A DNA stretch of 64,000 bases from Candidatus Moraniibacteriota bacterium (GCA_030679995.1 JAUXSK010000018.1:121492-185491); one strand, 5' to 3'; counted from the stretch's first letter, positions 9,038-18,832 are shown. Notes: generated by a model from the sequence alone, not told the origin. A program made the numbers and translations.

Positions 9038-10009
9038 ATGGACATATTTTATCCTATCCAAATTTTAGCTGACTGGCTGACCTATGTGGTTTTCGGAATC
9101 ATTCCGGGAACTTTGCTGGCGGGCGCAGTCAACTTTTTCATATTCGACACGATCAAGATTTTCCTTCTTTTGCTTGTGATTATTTTTTCAGTCTCGCTTA
9201 TCCGTTCATTCCTGCCTCCGGAAAAAATCAGAAACATCCTTTCTCACGAGAAAAAATATTTCGGCAATATCCTGGCATCGCTTCTCGGAATCATCACTCC
9301 CTTTTGTACCTGTTCGGCGATTCCCTTGTTTTTGGGTTTTTTGGAAGCCGGGGTGCCGCTCGGAACGACTTTTTCGTTCCTTGTCGCTTCGCCGATGATA
9401 AATGAGGTGGCGCTGGTTTTGCTTCTGGGATTGTTCGGTTGGAAAATCGCTTTGCTGTATATCGCCAGCGGGTTGGCCATAGCCATCATCTCGGGAATTA
9501 TTATCGGGCATTTGAAAGTGGAAAATTTAGTGGAGGAGTTCGCATATAAAAGCAAATCCAATGGGCGGTTGCAGCTGCCAGAAATGGATTGGAAACAAAG
9601 GACGGATTATGCCAAAAATTATACAGCGGACATTATTAAAAAAGTTTGGATATATGTAGTCGTCGGCATCGGCATCGGCGCTTGGATACACGGCTATGTG
9701 CCGGCTGATTTCCTGGCCCGATATGCCGGAAGCGGCAAATGGTACGCCGTGCCGCTGGCGGTTTTGGTCGGCATCCCGCTCTATTCAAACGCAGCCGGAG
9801 TCATTCCGTTGGTCGGCGTCCTGACTGAAAAAGGCGTAAGCATCGGCACGAGTCTGGCCTTTATGATGGCGGTCACCGGACTTTCATTGCCGGAATTCTT
9901 GATCCTTAAAAAGGTGATGAAAACGAAACTTATCCTTATTTTCGCAGGCATCGTCGGAATGGGAATCATATTTACGGGCTATCTTTTTAATTTCATATTG
10001 GGACATTAA
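9038..10009 (+). CDS. ArsP/DUF318-family permease
   Basis: TPFCTCSAIPLF, FLVASPMINE, GIPLYSNAAG, GLSLPE motifs. Confidence 0.85.
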   Translation: MDIFYPIQILADWLTYVVFGIIPGTLLAGAVNFFIFDTIKIFLLLLVIIFSVSLIRSFLPPEKIRNILSHEKKYFGNILASLLGIITPFCTCSAIPLFLGFLEAGVPLGTTFSFLVASPMINEVALVLLLGLFGWKIALLYIASGLAIAIISGIIIGHLKVENLVEEFAYKSKSNGRLQLPEMDWKQRTDYAKNYTADIIKKVWIYVVVGIGIGAWIHGYVPADFLARYAGSGKWYAVPLAVLVGIPLYSNAAGVIPLVGVLTEKGVSIGTSLAFMMAVTGLSLPEFLILKKVMKTKLILIFAGIVGMGIIFTGYLFNFILGH

Positions 10010-10164
10010 GGAGGAGCTTTCTTCGGTCATAGTCAGACCTTTCGGGGAGCGAAGAATATTCCGATAGTCCGTTAACGAACAGGTGGAAATCTCTTTTGGA
10101 ATTTAGGCGGTGTTAATGCGCCATATAGAAATAGGAACGTTCCAAAATTATCCAAAAATAATTC

Positions 10165-10194
10165 AAGCCATCAGTGTCACTGCACTGATGGCTT
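10165..10194. terminator. Hairpin between convergent genes (probable terminator)
   Basis: Perfect 12-bp stem AAGCCATCAGTG/CACTGATGGCTT. Confidence 0.6.
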
Positions 10195-10218
10195 AAGGCA
10201 AGTTGATTCAGTCAGGTG

Positions 10219-10377
10219 TTAATATCGGGTATTATTATGCCGTTTCTCATCTGCCTTGATTTGTCGCCTGACAGCGATTTTTTTTGGGACAGGCTTGTCC
10301 CGGCCTTGCGTTTTCAGGCCGCTTCTTCGACTTTTTGATTTTTTACTTTCAATTTTGTTTGTTCCGTGACCAGGCAT
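10219..10377 (-). CDS. Small highly basic protein (52 aa), absent from ORF track
   Basis: MPGHGTNKIESKKSKSRRSGLKTQGRDKPVPKKIAVRRQIKADEKRHNNTRY; SD GAGGAGG; upstream TTGCAA-16-TATAAT on minus strand; downstream hairpin. Confidence 0.65.
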   Translation of the reverse strand: MPGHGTNKIESKKSKSRRSGLKTQGRDKPVPKKIAVRRQIKADEKRHNNTRY

Positions 10378-10615
10378 AATGACCCTCCTCCTCGCATTTT
10401 TTAGTTATAGCCAGGGTTAACAACATTTATATTATAGGGACTATTTCCAATATTGCAAAATTGGCCAGTCGCGATTTTTGTAATCCAGAAAACGCTGGCT
10501 ATTGCATTTTTCCGAACTATGCTATAATCAAAAAACAATTGAATACATAGACTCGCCCATAAATAATCTTTTCGCTAAAAACTTCCACTTGAAAAATTAT
10601 TTAGGGACAAGCCTA

Positions 10616-10793
10616 TATTTATCAAGAGCGATGGCAGAGCACTGGCTCAGCGACCCATCCGGCAACCATTTTGGAGTGACTTCCAGGAAAGGGTGCCCCT
10701 TCCAGCTCGATTTTTCGGCGCATCGCGCGCCGGCAATTTCCGAGAAGAGATAAATGGTCGATTTCAGATCTCTTTTCGGCAAAGGGATTTTTT
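10616..10793 (+). ncRNA. SAM-I (S-box) riboswitch with terminator expression platform
   Basis: P1 TATTTATC/GATAAATG; ATCAAGAG, CTGG loop pairing with CCAG, GGCAACC...GGTGCC; terminator ATCTCTTT-TCGGC-AAAGGGAT-T5 whose 5' arm can alternatively pair with AAGAGAT; lies directly upstream of metK. Confidence 0.9.
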
Positions 10794-10816
10794 AATTTTT
10801 AAAACCATATAAGACT

Positions 10817-11863
10817 ATGCTTTATAAACCAAAAACCTATACAGTAGAGAGCGTTACGGCCGGCCATCCCGACAAAGTTTGTGACCAGATTTCCGATGCC
10901 ATCTTGGACGCTTGTCTCAAAGCGGATCCGATGAGTCGCGTGGCGGTGGAAACTTTCGGCGGCCACGGTACGCTGGTCATCGGCGGGGAAGTGACGACCA
11001 AAGCGGATATTGATTTTGAGAAAATCGCGCGGGAAGTGTATAAAAAAATCGGCTACGACCAAGATTTGGATATTTCGGTGCGGATCGTCAAACAATCGCC
11101 GGACATCGCGCAGGGAGTAGATACGGGCGGCGCGGGAGACCAGGGGATAATGTATGGCTACGCGACGGATGAGACGGAGGAATTTATGCCTGAGTCAGTC
11201 GTGAAAGTACATAAGCTGGCGAAAAAAATGGAAGATTTGAGGAATAATGACGCGGATTTCGCTTGGATGCGGCCGGACGGGAAAACGCAGATCAGCGTCC
11301 ATGATGGAAAAATATCCTCCGTGCTGGTGAGTTGCCAGCATGACAAGTCTATCGACAGCGCCCAAATCCGCCAGCAAATCATCGAAGGCGTCATCATACC
11401 GGTAATCGGGGATATTTCTGGAATTGAAATTCTGGTCAATCCGACCGGCAATTTCGTCCAAGGCGGATTTGAAGCAGACACGGGACTGACCGGCCGGAAA
11501 ATCATGGTGGACACATATTGCGGATTGGTGCCGCACGGAGGAGGAGCTTTTTCGGGCAAGGATTCGACCAAGGTCGATCGCAGCGCCGCGTATATGGCCC
11601 GCTATGTGGCCAAACAGATGGTGGCCCAAGGTCTTGCCAAAGAATGCTTGGTGAGCGTGGCCTATGCTATCGGCAAAGCTGAGCCGTTGATGGTGGAAGC
11701 GCTTAATGAAAAAGGAGAAAGCTTAGCGGAAATCGTCAAAAAGAATTTCGATTTCCGTCCGCAAGCGATCATTGAAACTTTAGGCCTCCGGTTGCCGATC
11801 TTTCAAGAGACAGCTGCATATGGGCATTTCGGGAAAGAGGGTTTGCCGTGGGAGCGGATTTAG
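10817..11863 (+). CDS. metK: S-adenosylmethionine synthetase
   Basis: ESVTAGHPDK, GAGDQG, GLTGRKI, GGGAFSGKD, AAYGHFG motifs. Confidence 0.98.
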   Translation: MLYKPKTYTVESVTAGHPDKVCDQISDAILDACLKADPMSRVAVETFGGHGTLVIGGEVTTKADIDFEKIAREVYKKIGYDQDLDISVRIVKQSPDIAQGVDTGGAGDQGIMYGYATDETEEFMPESVVKVHKLAKKMEDLRNNDADFAWMRPDGKTQISVHDGKISSVLVSCQHDKSIDSAQIRQQIIEGVIIPVIGDISGIEILVNPTGNFVQGGFEADTGLTGRKIMVDTYCGLVPHGGGAFSGKDSTKVDRSAAYMARYVAKQMVAQGLAKECLVSVAYAIGKAEPLMVEALNEKGESLAEIVKKNFDFRPQAIIETLGLRLPIFQETAAYGHFGKEGLPWERI

Positions 11864-11883
11864 TTCCGCGGAATCGGCATATC

Positions 11884-11914
11884 AAAACAGGATCCATAGG
11901 GATCCTGTTTTTTT
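11884..11914 (+). terminator. Intrinsic terminator
   Basis: AAAACAGGATCC-ATAG-GGATCCTGTTTTTTT. Confidence 0.8.
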
Positions 11915-12035
11915 CGGGGATGTATTATAGGGCGCCGATGCGGTCGAGGTTCGGAAATGCCGTTCCGTGCTTGACTGGAGCGGTTTTTGATGGTAAGATA
12001 ATCGGATGCTTTTTAATGGATAAATCAATAAAAAT

Positions 12036-13124
12036 ATGATGCGGATAATTAGAGAAAATAGGCGTAAAGTCTTTATTTCCATTTTTTTACTGGGACTGGC
12101 GATTATTCTGGTCTCTTTCCGGGAAGGCGAAAAGAGCCTGGGTGGTTTCGTCGCGGAAAAACAGGCGGTTACGGTGGGTGTTGAAAAAATCGAAGATTTG
12201 AAAGAATCGCGCGATCGGATCAAATATCCGGCGGTTGTCGCCGGCGATCAGGAAATAAATATTATGGCAGGAGCAGGTGGGACGGCGGCCGCGGTGGATT
12301 TCCGCTTGGGTGATCAAGTGGCGCGCGGAAAAATCCTGGTCCGGATCGATGATCCGGCTGGGTTGGTCGGGATAGGCAAAGAAGGGTTTGCCAGCGGCCA
12401 GATCCAACAGTTGGAAAACGCGTTCAAACAAGCCGATGAGGCTTATGACCAGGCTAAACGGAATTATGATAAGGATGATACGAAAGATAATAAGACTGCC
12501 AAGGATATCGCCAAATTACAAAAACAAAACGCGCAGATCGCGCTTGATGCGGCGATGGACAGCCGCTTGGTCAAGGCGCCGATCGCCGGTTATGTGACTG
12601 CTAAAAATATCGCGGTCGGCGATTCGATTTCGGCCGGACAAATTTTGGCAACCGTTTCCAGACCTGAGAAGATTAAGATCAAATTTTATGTGAGCCAGGA
12701 AGAATTGGCGAATGTGAAGGCGGGGGATATGGTAACCGTCGATAACGGCGACAAGGAGGTCCGAGCTAAGATTGCCAATGTTTCCATCCAAGCTGACGCG
12801 GTGACAAAGAGATTTTTGGTAGAGGCGGTGCCGTCTGAGGTCGGCGCTTTGGCTATCGGGACGGTCGTTGATGTTTTTGTCGATGCCCGACGGGAAGTTT
12901 CGGATGATGATTCGATAATATTGCCGCTTTCCGCCGTGACAGTCGGACAGAATGAAACATATCTGTTCATCGCGGAAGACGGGCAAGCCAAGAAGAATCC
13001 TGCGGAAATCGTGAAAATTTTCGGGGAGAATGCCGAAGTGCGGACTGATCTTGCGGCCGGAAGCCTGGTCATTATCGATGGAAGCCGGCTGGTCCAAGAC
13101 GGGAATAAAATAACCATACAATAA
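12036..13124 (+). CDS. RND efflux membrane fusion (adaptor) protein
   Basis: N-terminal TM, split lipoyl domain (GDQVARGKILVRID / VKAPIAGYV), coiled hairpin; adjacent to RND gene. Confidence 0.9.
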   Translation: MMRIIRENRRKVFISIFLLGLAIILVSFREGEKSLGGFVAEKQAVTVGVEKIEDLKESRDRIKYPAVVAGDQEINIMAGAGGTAAAVDFRLGDQVARGKILVRIDDPAGLVGIGKEGFASGQIQQLENAFKQADEAYDQAKRNYDKDDTKDNKTAKDIAKLQKQNAQIALDAAMDSRLVKAPIAGYVTAKNIAVGDSISAGQILATVSRPEKIKIKFYVSQEELANVKAGDMVTVDNGDKEVRAKIANVSIQADAVTKRFLVEAVPSEVGALAIGTVVDVFVDARREVSDDDSIILPLSAVTVGQNETYLFIAEDGQAKKNPAEIVKIFGENAEVRTDLAAGSLVIIDGSRLVQDGNKITIQ

Positions 13125-13125
13125 T

Positions 13126-16100
13126 ATGTCCGAAGGCAACAAATCTTCCGATTATCAATATCTTGAAAAACTGGAATTCCGTCCGGAACTCCGGAAAGGT
13201 TTTTTGAATTTTTTTATCACCAATTTCCGGGTGGTAGTCCTTTTGATGTTGTTGTTGGCCGGCGTGGGAATCTATGCCTATATCGCCTTGCCGGTCGAAT
13301 CCGATCCGGAGGTGAAAATACCGATCGCGGTAGTAACGACGGTTTTCCCCGGGGCGTCGCCGGCTAACGTCGAAGATTTGGTGACAAAGAAATTGGAAAC
13401 GGAAATCGCAGGCCTCAAAGATATCAATAAGGTCACGTCCAATTCTTCCAATTCGATTTCTTCCATCACGGTGGAATTCGATGCTAATGCCGATTTGGAG
13501 GGCAGTATCCGAAAATTGCGGGATGCCGTCAATGATGCCAAAGAAAAAATGCCCGAAGATGCCAATGATCCGGCCGTCACCGAAATATCAGTTGATGATA
13601 CGCCGATTTTTTCCGTTTCGATCGCCGGACCTTATGATGGTTTCGTTTTGCGGGATTTTGCCGAAGACGTCCAAACTGAATTGGAAAAGATTTCCGGCGT
13701 GCGCGAGGTGATGGTTTCAGGCGGGGATGAACGCGAATTTGAAATCGCTTATGATCCGGAAAAGCTGGTTTTTTACGACCTGTCGCCATTGGAGGCTAAT
13801 CGGATCGTGGCGGAAGCTAATTCGCAGATTCCGGGCGGAAATTTCCAGGGAAGCGAATATAATTATGCCATCCGGATAGACGCGCGTTTTTTTGATGCGG
13901 AAGCTTTGGGGAATATCCCGGTTTTCCACACGGCTGACGGCGCGATAGTCTATCTTAAAGATATGGCGGAAGTGCGGGATCGGGCTATCAAAAAAACCGT
14001 TTTTTCCCGGTTTTCCCGCCAGGGGGAAAAGCCGTCCGATAGTGTGAATATCGATATTATCAAAAAGACCGGCGGCTCGATCATCAAGACGGCCGATGCG
14101 TCGAAAACGAAGCTGGATGAGATGATCAAAGACGCTCCGGCCGGCATAACCTATGACATCACTATCGATACGGCCAAGGAAATCAGGAAAAATTTCGACC
14201 AATTGGTGCATGATTTCACATTGACGATCATTTTGGTTTTCGCGATCCTATTTTTGGTCATCGGGCTCAAGGAAGCGCTGGTGGCGAGTTTGGCGATCCC
14301 GCTGGTTTTTTTCGCGACTTTCGGCGTGATGCTCGAGGTCGGAATCAGCTTGAACTTCCTTTCGATGATCTCGCTTATCTTGGCGCTCGGGCTTTTGGTG
14401 GATGACGCGATCGTCGTGGTGAGTGCTACCAAGCAATATCTCCGGACCGGAAAATTCACGCCGGAAGAGGCGGTTCTCCTGGTGTTGAACGATTTCAAAG
14501 TGGTCCTGTTCACTACGACCCTTACGACCGTTTGGGCTTTCTTGCCTTTGCTTTTCGCCAGCGGCATTATGGGACAATATATCCGTTCTATTCCGATTAC
14601 GGTTTCGGTGACGCTCTTGGCGTCCCTGGCTATCGCCCTGGTTATAAACCATCCGTTGGCGGCGGTGCTTGAGCGCGTGCGCCTGACCCGCAAGGCATTT
14701 TTCGCATATTTGGCCCTTGTGATATCCGCGGGAATTTCCAGCTGGTATGTTCCGGACTTGATTGCCAAGACCGGGCTTTTGTCTGTCAGTGCGATTGCGA
14801 CCTATTGGATGCTGGATTGGTATTTCCGGCAAGGGAAAGCCGTGCTGCAAGCCAATGCCGGATTGATGGAACGCGAATGGCGCGACGATGGATTGATCAA
14901 AGAAAAATTGCGGTCCCAAGGCGATCATAAAGACGGCGCGTTTTTGTCGCGGCTGATCCACGGCATCATCCGTTTCGACCGGCTGATTCCGGTTTATGAA
15001 AAATATCTGAGAAAGATTCTGGTTACGAAAAAAAGAAGGTTGATGACGATAATTTCGGTAATCATTTTGTTTTTGGCGGCGGTCGCTTTGCCGATCGTCG
15101 GGGTGGTCAAGAGTGAATTTTTTCCGGTTACGGACGCGGAGCTGATGTTCGTGAATATCGAGGCGCCGGTGGGATTGCGGTTGGAAGAAACCGGCAAAAT
15201 CGTGTCACAAGTGGAAGAGAGGTTGTCCGTTTATCCGGAAATCGTCAGTCTATCCACGGTCATCGGCAGCGGCGGATCCAGCGGTAATTTCGTAAACAGT
15301 TCGGCGAGTCCTTCGCATCGGGCTCAAATCACGATCAAACTCCAAGAAGAAGAGAATCGCAAACTCAAGTCCTATGAATTCGCTGAAGTTGTCCGGCGGG
15401 ATATCGCCGATATCCAAGGGGCGGCTATCACTGTCCAGACCCTAAGCAACGGTCCGCCGTCCGGATCGGCTTTTGAAGCGCAGATTATGGGCGAGGATTT
15501 GGATGTTTTGGACGGCATCGCCCAAGATTTGAAGCCCGTGCTGGCTTCCGTTCCGGGAGTCGTGGACGCGGAAATCTCATTGAAAAATTCCCCGGCTGAT
15601 TATGTTTTCTTGTTAGACCATAATCGGATGGAACTTCTCGGCGTCGATGCTTCGCAAATCGGATTGACGATGCGGATGGCGATTTCCGGCACGGAAGTGA
15701 CTGAGATAATCAAAGGGGGTGATGAGATAAAAGTCGTAGCCCGTTTTGGGGAAGAAAAAATCCCTGATTTGGAAACTTTGCAAAACTTGCAAATAAAAAA
15801 TAATGCCGGAAAATCGATTTTCTTACGGGATGTCGCGCAAATCAGATTGGAGCCGTCAGTCGATAAGATCACTCGCATCAACCAGCGGCGGGCAGTGTTG
15901 CTTTCAGCGGGCGTGAGCGGTGGGACTCCTGCTACTGCCGTTGTCGCGGAATTTCAAAATAAGGCAAAGGATTATGATTTGCCCCAAGGCTACGAGATAG
16001 TCTATGGCGGGGAGAACGAACAGAGTGCCGAATCGGTGCAATCGATTATCCGCGCGATGGTCATCGCATTGATCTTGATCATCGCGACCTTGGTCATCCA

Positions 16101-16524
16101 GTTCAACTCTTTCAAAAAAACTTTCATCGTGCTGGTGACCATCCCGCTGGCGCTTATCGGTGTTTTTTTCGGCCTGGCGCTGTTCGGGGTCAGCCTCAGT
16201 TTTCCGGGCCTCATCGGAATAGTGGCGCTGTTCGGAATCGTGGTCAAAAACGCGATTATCCTGGTGGACAAGATCAATCTTAATATCCGGACCGGCATCG
16301 TTTTTTTCGAAGCGGTCATCGACGCCGGGAAATCGCGTTTGGAAGCGATTTCCATCACTTCCATCTGCACTATCGCCGGCATCACGCCTGTCACGCTTTC
16401 CAATGAAACTTGGCTGGCGATGGGTTCGACCATAATCTTCGGGCTGTTGCTATCTTCCTTTCTGACGCTTTTCGTCATCCCGACCTTGTATGTGATGCTG
16501 GTCGATAATGATCCTGGGCGCTGA
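13126..16524 (+). CDS. RND (AcrB/SwrC-like) efflux transporter
   Basis: 1132 aa; PGASPANVE, ALGLLVDDAIVV, GIVVKNAIILVD motifs. Confidence 0.95.
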   Translation: MSEGNKSSDYQYLEKLEFRPELRKGFLNFFITNFRVVVLLMLLLAGVGIYAYIALPVESDPEVKIPIAVVTTVFPGASPANVEDLVTKKLETEIAGLKDINKVTSNSSNSISSITVEFDANADLEGSIRKLRDAVNDAKEKMPEDANDPAVTEISVDDTPIFSVSIAGPYDGFVLRDFAEDVQTELEKISGVREVMVSGGDEREFEIAYDPEKLVFYDLSPLEANRIVAEANSQIPGGNFQGSEYNYAIRIDARFFDAEALGNIPVFHTADGAIVYLKDMAEVRDRAIKKTVFSRFSRQGEKPSDSVNIDIIKKTGGSIIKTADASKTKLDEMIKDAPAGITYDITIDTAKEIRKNFDQLVHDFTLTIILVFAILFLVIGLKEALVASLAIPLVFFATFGVMLEVGISLNFLSMISLILALGLLVDDAIVVVSATKQYLRTGKFTPEEAVLLVLNDFKVVLFTTTLTTVWAFLPLLFASGIMGQYIRSIPITVSVTLLASLAIALVINHPLAAVLERVRLTRKAFFAYLALVISAGISSWYVPDLIAKTGLLSVSAIATYWMLDWYFRQGKAVLQANAGLMEREWRDDGLIKEKLRSQGDHKDGAFLSRLIHGIIRFDRLIPVYEKYLRKILVTKKRRLMTIISVIILFLAAVALPIVGVVKSEFFPVTDAELMFVNIEAPVGLRLEETGKIVSQVEERLSVYPEIVSLSTVIGSGGSSGNFVNSSASPSHRAQITIKLQEEENRKLKSYEFAEVVRRDIADIQGAAITVQTLSNGPPSGSAFEAQIMGEDLDVLDGIAQDLKPVLASVPGVVDAEISLKNSPADYVFLLDHNRMELLGVDASQIGLTMRMAISGTEVTEIIKGGDEIKVVARFGEEKIPDLETLQNLQIKNNAGKSIFLRDVAQIRLEPSVDKITRINQRRAVLLSAGVSGGTPATAVVAEFQNKAKDYDLPQGYEIVYGGENEQSAESVQSIIRAMVIALILIIATLVIQFNSFKKTFIVLVTIPLALIGVFFGLALFGVSLSFPGLIGIVALFGIVVKNAIILVDKINLNIRTGIVFFEAVIDAGKSRLEAISITSICTIAGITPVTLSNETWLAMGSTIIFGLLLSSFLTLFVIPTLYVMLVDNDPGR

Positions 16525-16558
16525 TTCGGACTGGAGCAATGATAAATTTTCAGAGCGG

Positions 16559-16590
16559 ACGGGCGGACAAAAAGTCCGCCCGTTTTTTTT
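16559..16590 (+). terminator. Intrinsic terminator
   Basis: ACGGGCGGAC-AAAAA-GTCCGCCCGT-T7. Confidence 0.85.
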
Positions 16591-16603
16591 CGCCGCTTCT
16601 GCT

Positions 16604-16653
16604 TTGACGCCAGGATCGCGGTATGGTATATTTATTGCAACAATGTTGCAATA
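16604..16653 (+). promoter_or_regulatory. Sigma70 promoter and Fur/Zur-type operator
   Basis: TTGACG-17-TATATT followed immediately by the perfect 10-1-10 palindrome TATTGCAACA-A-TGTTGCAATA (16633-16653). Confidence 0.8.
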
Positions 16654-16659
16654 GACAAT

Positions 16660-17082
16660 ATGCTGGACATCGATAATATATTTGAAAAAATTAAACTGGA
16701 CGGCCATCGCCTCACCAAAATACGCAAGGCGATGATCGGGATTTTGTTCGCGGATAAATGTTTGCTCTCCGCTTCTGAGATCCGGACGCGCCTGTCAGTG
16801 TCGGGCCTGTCAGCCGACCGCACCACCGTCTATCGCGAGCTGGGTTTTTTGCTCGAAAAAAACATTATCAAGGAAATCAGGATCGCCGATCGTAAAACAT
16901 ATTATGAAATAGTATCGCCGGAACACCATCACCACCTGGTCTGCACCAAATGTAATAGCGTGCAGGAAATCGTTATGGGAAACCATTTGAAGCGGCAGGA
17001 AGACAGGATTTATAAGAAAGCGAGATTCAAGGTTTTGGCCCATTCTTTGGAGTTCTACGGTTTGTGCCGGAACTGCAGATAA
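16660..17082 (+). CDS. zur: Fur-family regulator, probably Zur
   Basis: TTVYREL, HHHHLVCTKC, LEFYGLCRNC; first gene of a Zn ABC operon. Confidence 0.85.
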   Translation: MLDIDNIFEKIKLDGHRLTKIRKAMIGILFADKCLLSASEIRTRLSVSGLSADRTTVYRELGFLLEKNIIKEIRIADRKTYYEIVSPEHHHHLVCTKCNSVQEIVMGNHLKRQEDRIYKKARFKVLAHSLEFYGLCRNCR

Positions 17083-17087
17083 AAAAT

Positions 17088-18020
17088 ATGAAAAAAAATA
17101 TCACCATCATTCTTATTATCCTCTGGCTGGCCGTTGCCGGATCGTTTTTTTTGCCGATTAGGAATGACGGGCGGCCTTCCGAGGACGTCGCGGCAAAAAA
17201 ACTTGAGGTAGTCGCCAGTTTTTATCCGCTCTATTTCATAGCCAGCGAAATCGGAGGCGATCGGGCGGTTGTATCCGATATCGTGCCGGCCGGAGCGGAA
17301 CCGCACGAATATGAACCGACTGCCCGGGATATGGCGGAGATGGAGAATAGCCGGCTCATCATTATGAACGGCGCCGGCTTGGAAGCTTGGGGGGAAAATG
17401 TTGAAAAAAATATCGATGCCGGCAAAACGACGGTCATCCGGGCGGGAGAAAGTCTGGCTACGCGGCAGATGGAGCGGGATGGGCAGGTAGAAACGGATCC
17501 CCATATCTGGCTTGATCCGCTGCTGTTCCGGCAGATGGCCGATAAGGTCGCGCAAGGTTTCCAGCAGGCCGATCCGGAGAACGCGGATTATTATGCTTCT
17601 AACGCGGAGCTTCTCAAATCCCGATTGGACGGATTGGATCAGGAATACCGCCAGGGCTTGGGGGATTGCGCGGGAAAAAATATCATCACCGCCCATAACG
17701 CCTTCAGCTATCTGGCTGCGGCCTATGGTTTCAACCAAGTGGCGATCGCCGGCTTGTCTCCCGATGCCGAACCTTCCTTGCGTGACTTGGCTGGAATTTC
17801 CCGTTTCGCCCGGGACAATAGAGTAGAATATATATTTTTTGAAAGCCTGGCAAGTCCCAAACTTTCCGAGACGATCGCCAATGAAGTCGGCGCCAAGACG
17901 CTGGTGCTCAATCCGATCGAAGGGCTCAGTGATGAGGAATTGTCCCAAGGTAAAAATTACCTGACCGTTATGCGGGAAAATCTGGCCAATCTGCGGATCG
18001 CACTGGAGTGCGCAAGATAA
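17088..18020 (+). CDS. znuA: Zinc ABC transporter substrate-binding protein
   Basis: EPHEYEP, DPHIWLDP, HNAFSYL motifs; start placed at ATG 17088. Confidence 0.9.
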   Translation: MKKNITIILIILWLAVAGSFFLPIRNDGRPSEDVAAKKLEVVASFYPLYFIASEIGGDRAVVSDIVPAGAEPHEYEPTARDMAEMENSRLIIMNGAGLEAWGENVEKNIDAGKTTVIRAGESLATRQMERDGQVETDPHIWLDPLLFRQMADKVAQGFQQADPENADYYASNAELLKSRLDGLDQEYRQGLGDCAGKNIITAHNAFSYLAAAYGFNQVAIAGLSPDAEPSLRDLAGISRFARDNRVEYIFFESLASPKLSETIANEVGAKTLVLNPIEGLSDEELSQGKNYLTVMRENLANLRIALECAR

Positions 18021-18040
18021 ATTTTCTTAAAAGATAAAAA

Positions 18041-18832
18041 ATGAAAAAATCCAACAGGGTGGACCATAATAAAAACATCATCGAAGTGGCGGACGTTTAT
18101 TTTTCATATGACGGCCGGGAAGATGTTTTGCAAAACATCACCTTGGAGATCCATCAAGGCGATTATATCGGTTTGGTCGGTCCCAACGGCGCCGGAAAAA
18201 CGACCTTGCTCAAGCTGATGCTCAACTTGCTCGTCCCGCGCTGTGGATCAGTCAGACTGTTCGGCCAGGATATGCGGGATTTCAAAGATTGGCATAAGAT
18301 CGGCTATGTGCCGCAGAAGCTGGCCAACTTCGATGCTAATTTTCCTGCCAGTGTCTTTGAGGTCGTATTGATGGGGCGGTATGATAACAAGCGCCTGTTC
18401 CAGCGCACTACGGAAACGGATAAAAAAGCCGTTCTGGATGCATTGAACCAAGTCGATATGTGGGAATTCAAAGACCGGCTGATCGGCGATCTGTCCGGCG
18501 GACAACAACAGCGGGTGTTCATTGCCCGGGCGCTGGTCAACCGGCCTGAAGTCATTTTTTTGGATGAGCCGACGGCCGCCGTGGACAGGGAGGCTCAGGA
18601 CAGTTTTTTTGCGCTGTTGCAAAAACTCAACCAGGAAGCGGGACTGACTTTGGTGCTGGTGTCACACGACATCCGGCGTTTGACGCAGGAAGTTATGCAC
18701 ATCGCCTGCGTCGACAAGACGCTGACTTGCCACATTTCGCCGGAAGAATATCTGGCTGAAAGCGAGTCTTCGGATATCGGCGGCAAGAAAGTCAAAATCC
18801 TAACTCATCATCATCACAATCAAAATGTTTGA
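18041..18832 (+). CDS. znuC: Zinc ABC transporter ATP-binding protein
   Basis: GPNGAGKTT, IGYVPQ, LSGGQQQR, FLDEPT; His-rich tail. Confidence 0.92.
   Translation: MKKSNRVDHNKNIIEVADVYFSYDGREDVLQNITLEIHQGDYIGLVGPNGAGKTTLLKLMLNLLVPRCGSVRLFGQDMRDFKDWHKIGYVPQKLANFDANFPASVFEVVLMGRYDNKRLFQRTTETDKKAVLDALNQVDMWEFKDRLIGDLSGGQQQRVFIARALVNRPEVIFLDEPTAAVDREAQDSFFALLQKLNQEAGLTLVLVSHDIRRLTQEVMHIACVDKTLTCHISPEEYLAESESSDIGGKKVKILTHHHHNQNV

Noticed and set aside
10502-10753. 83-aa ORF upstream of metK
   Set aside because: Overlaps the promoter and SAM-I riboswitch; the RNA explains the sequence better.
17055-17948. 297-aa antisense ORF
   Set aside because: Shadow of znuA on the opposite strand; no recognisable motifs.
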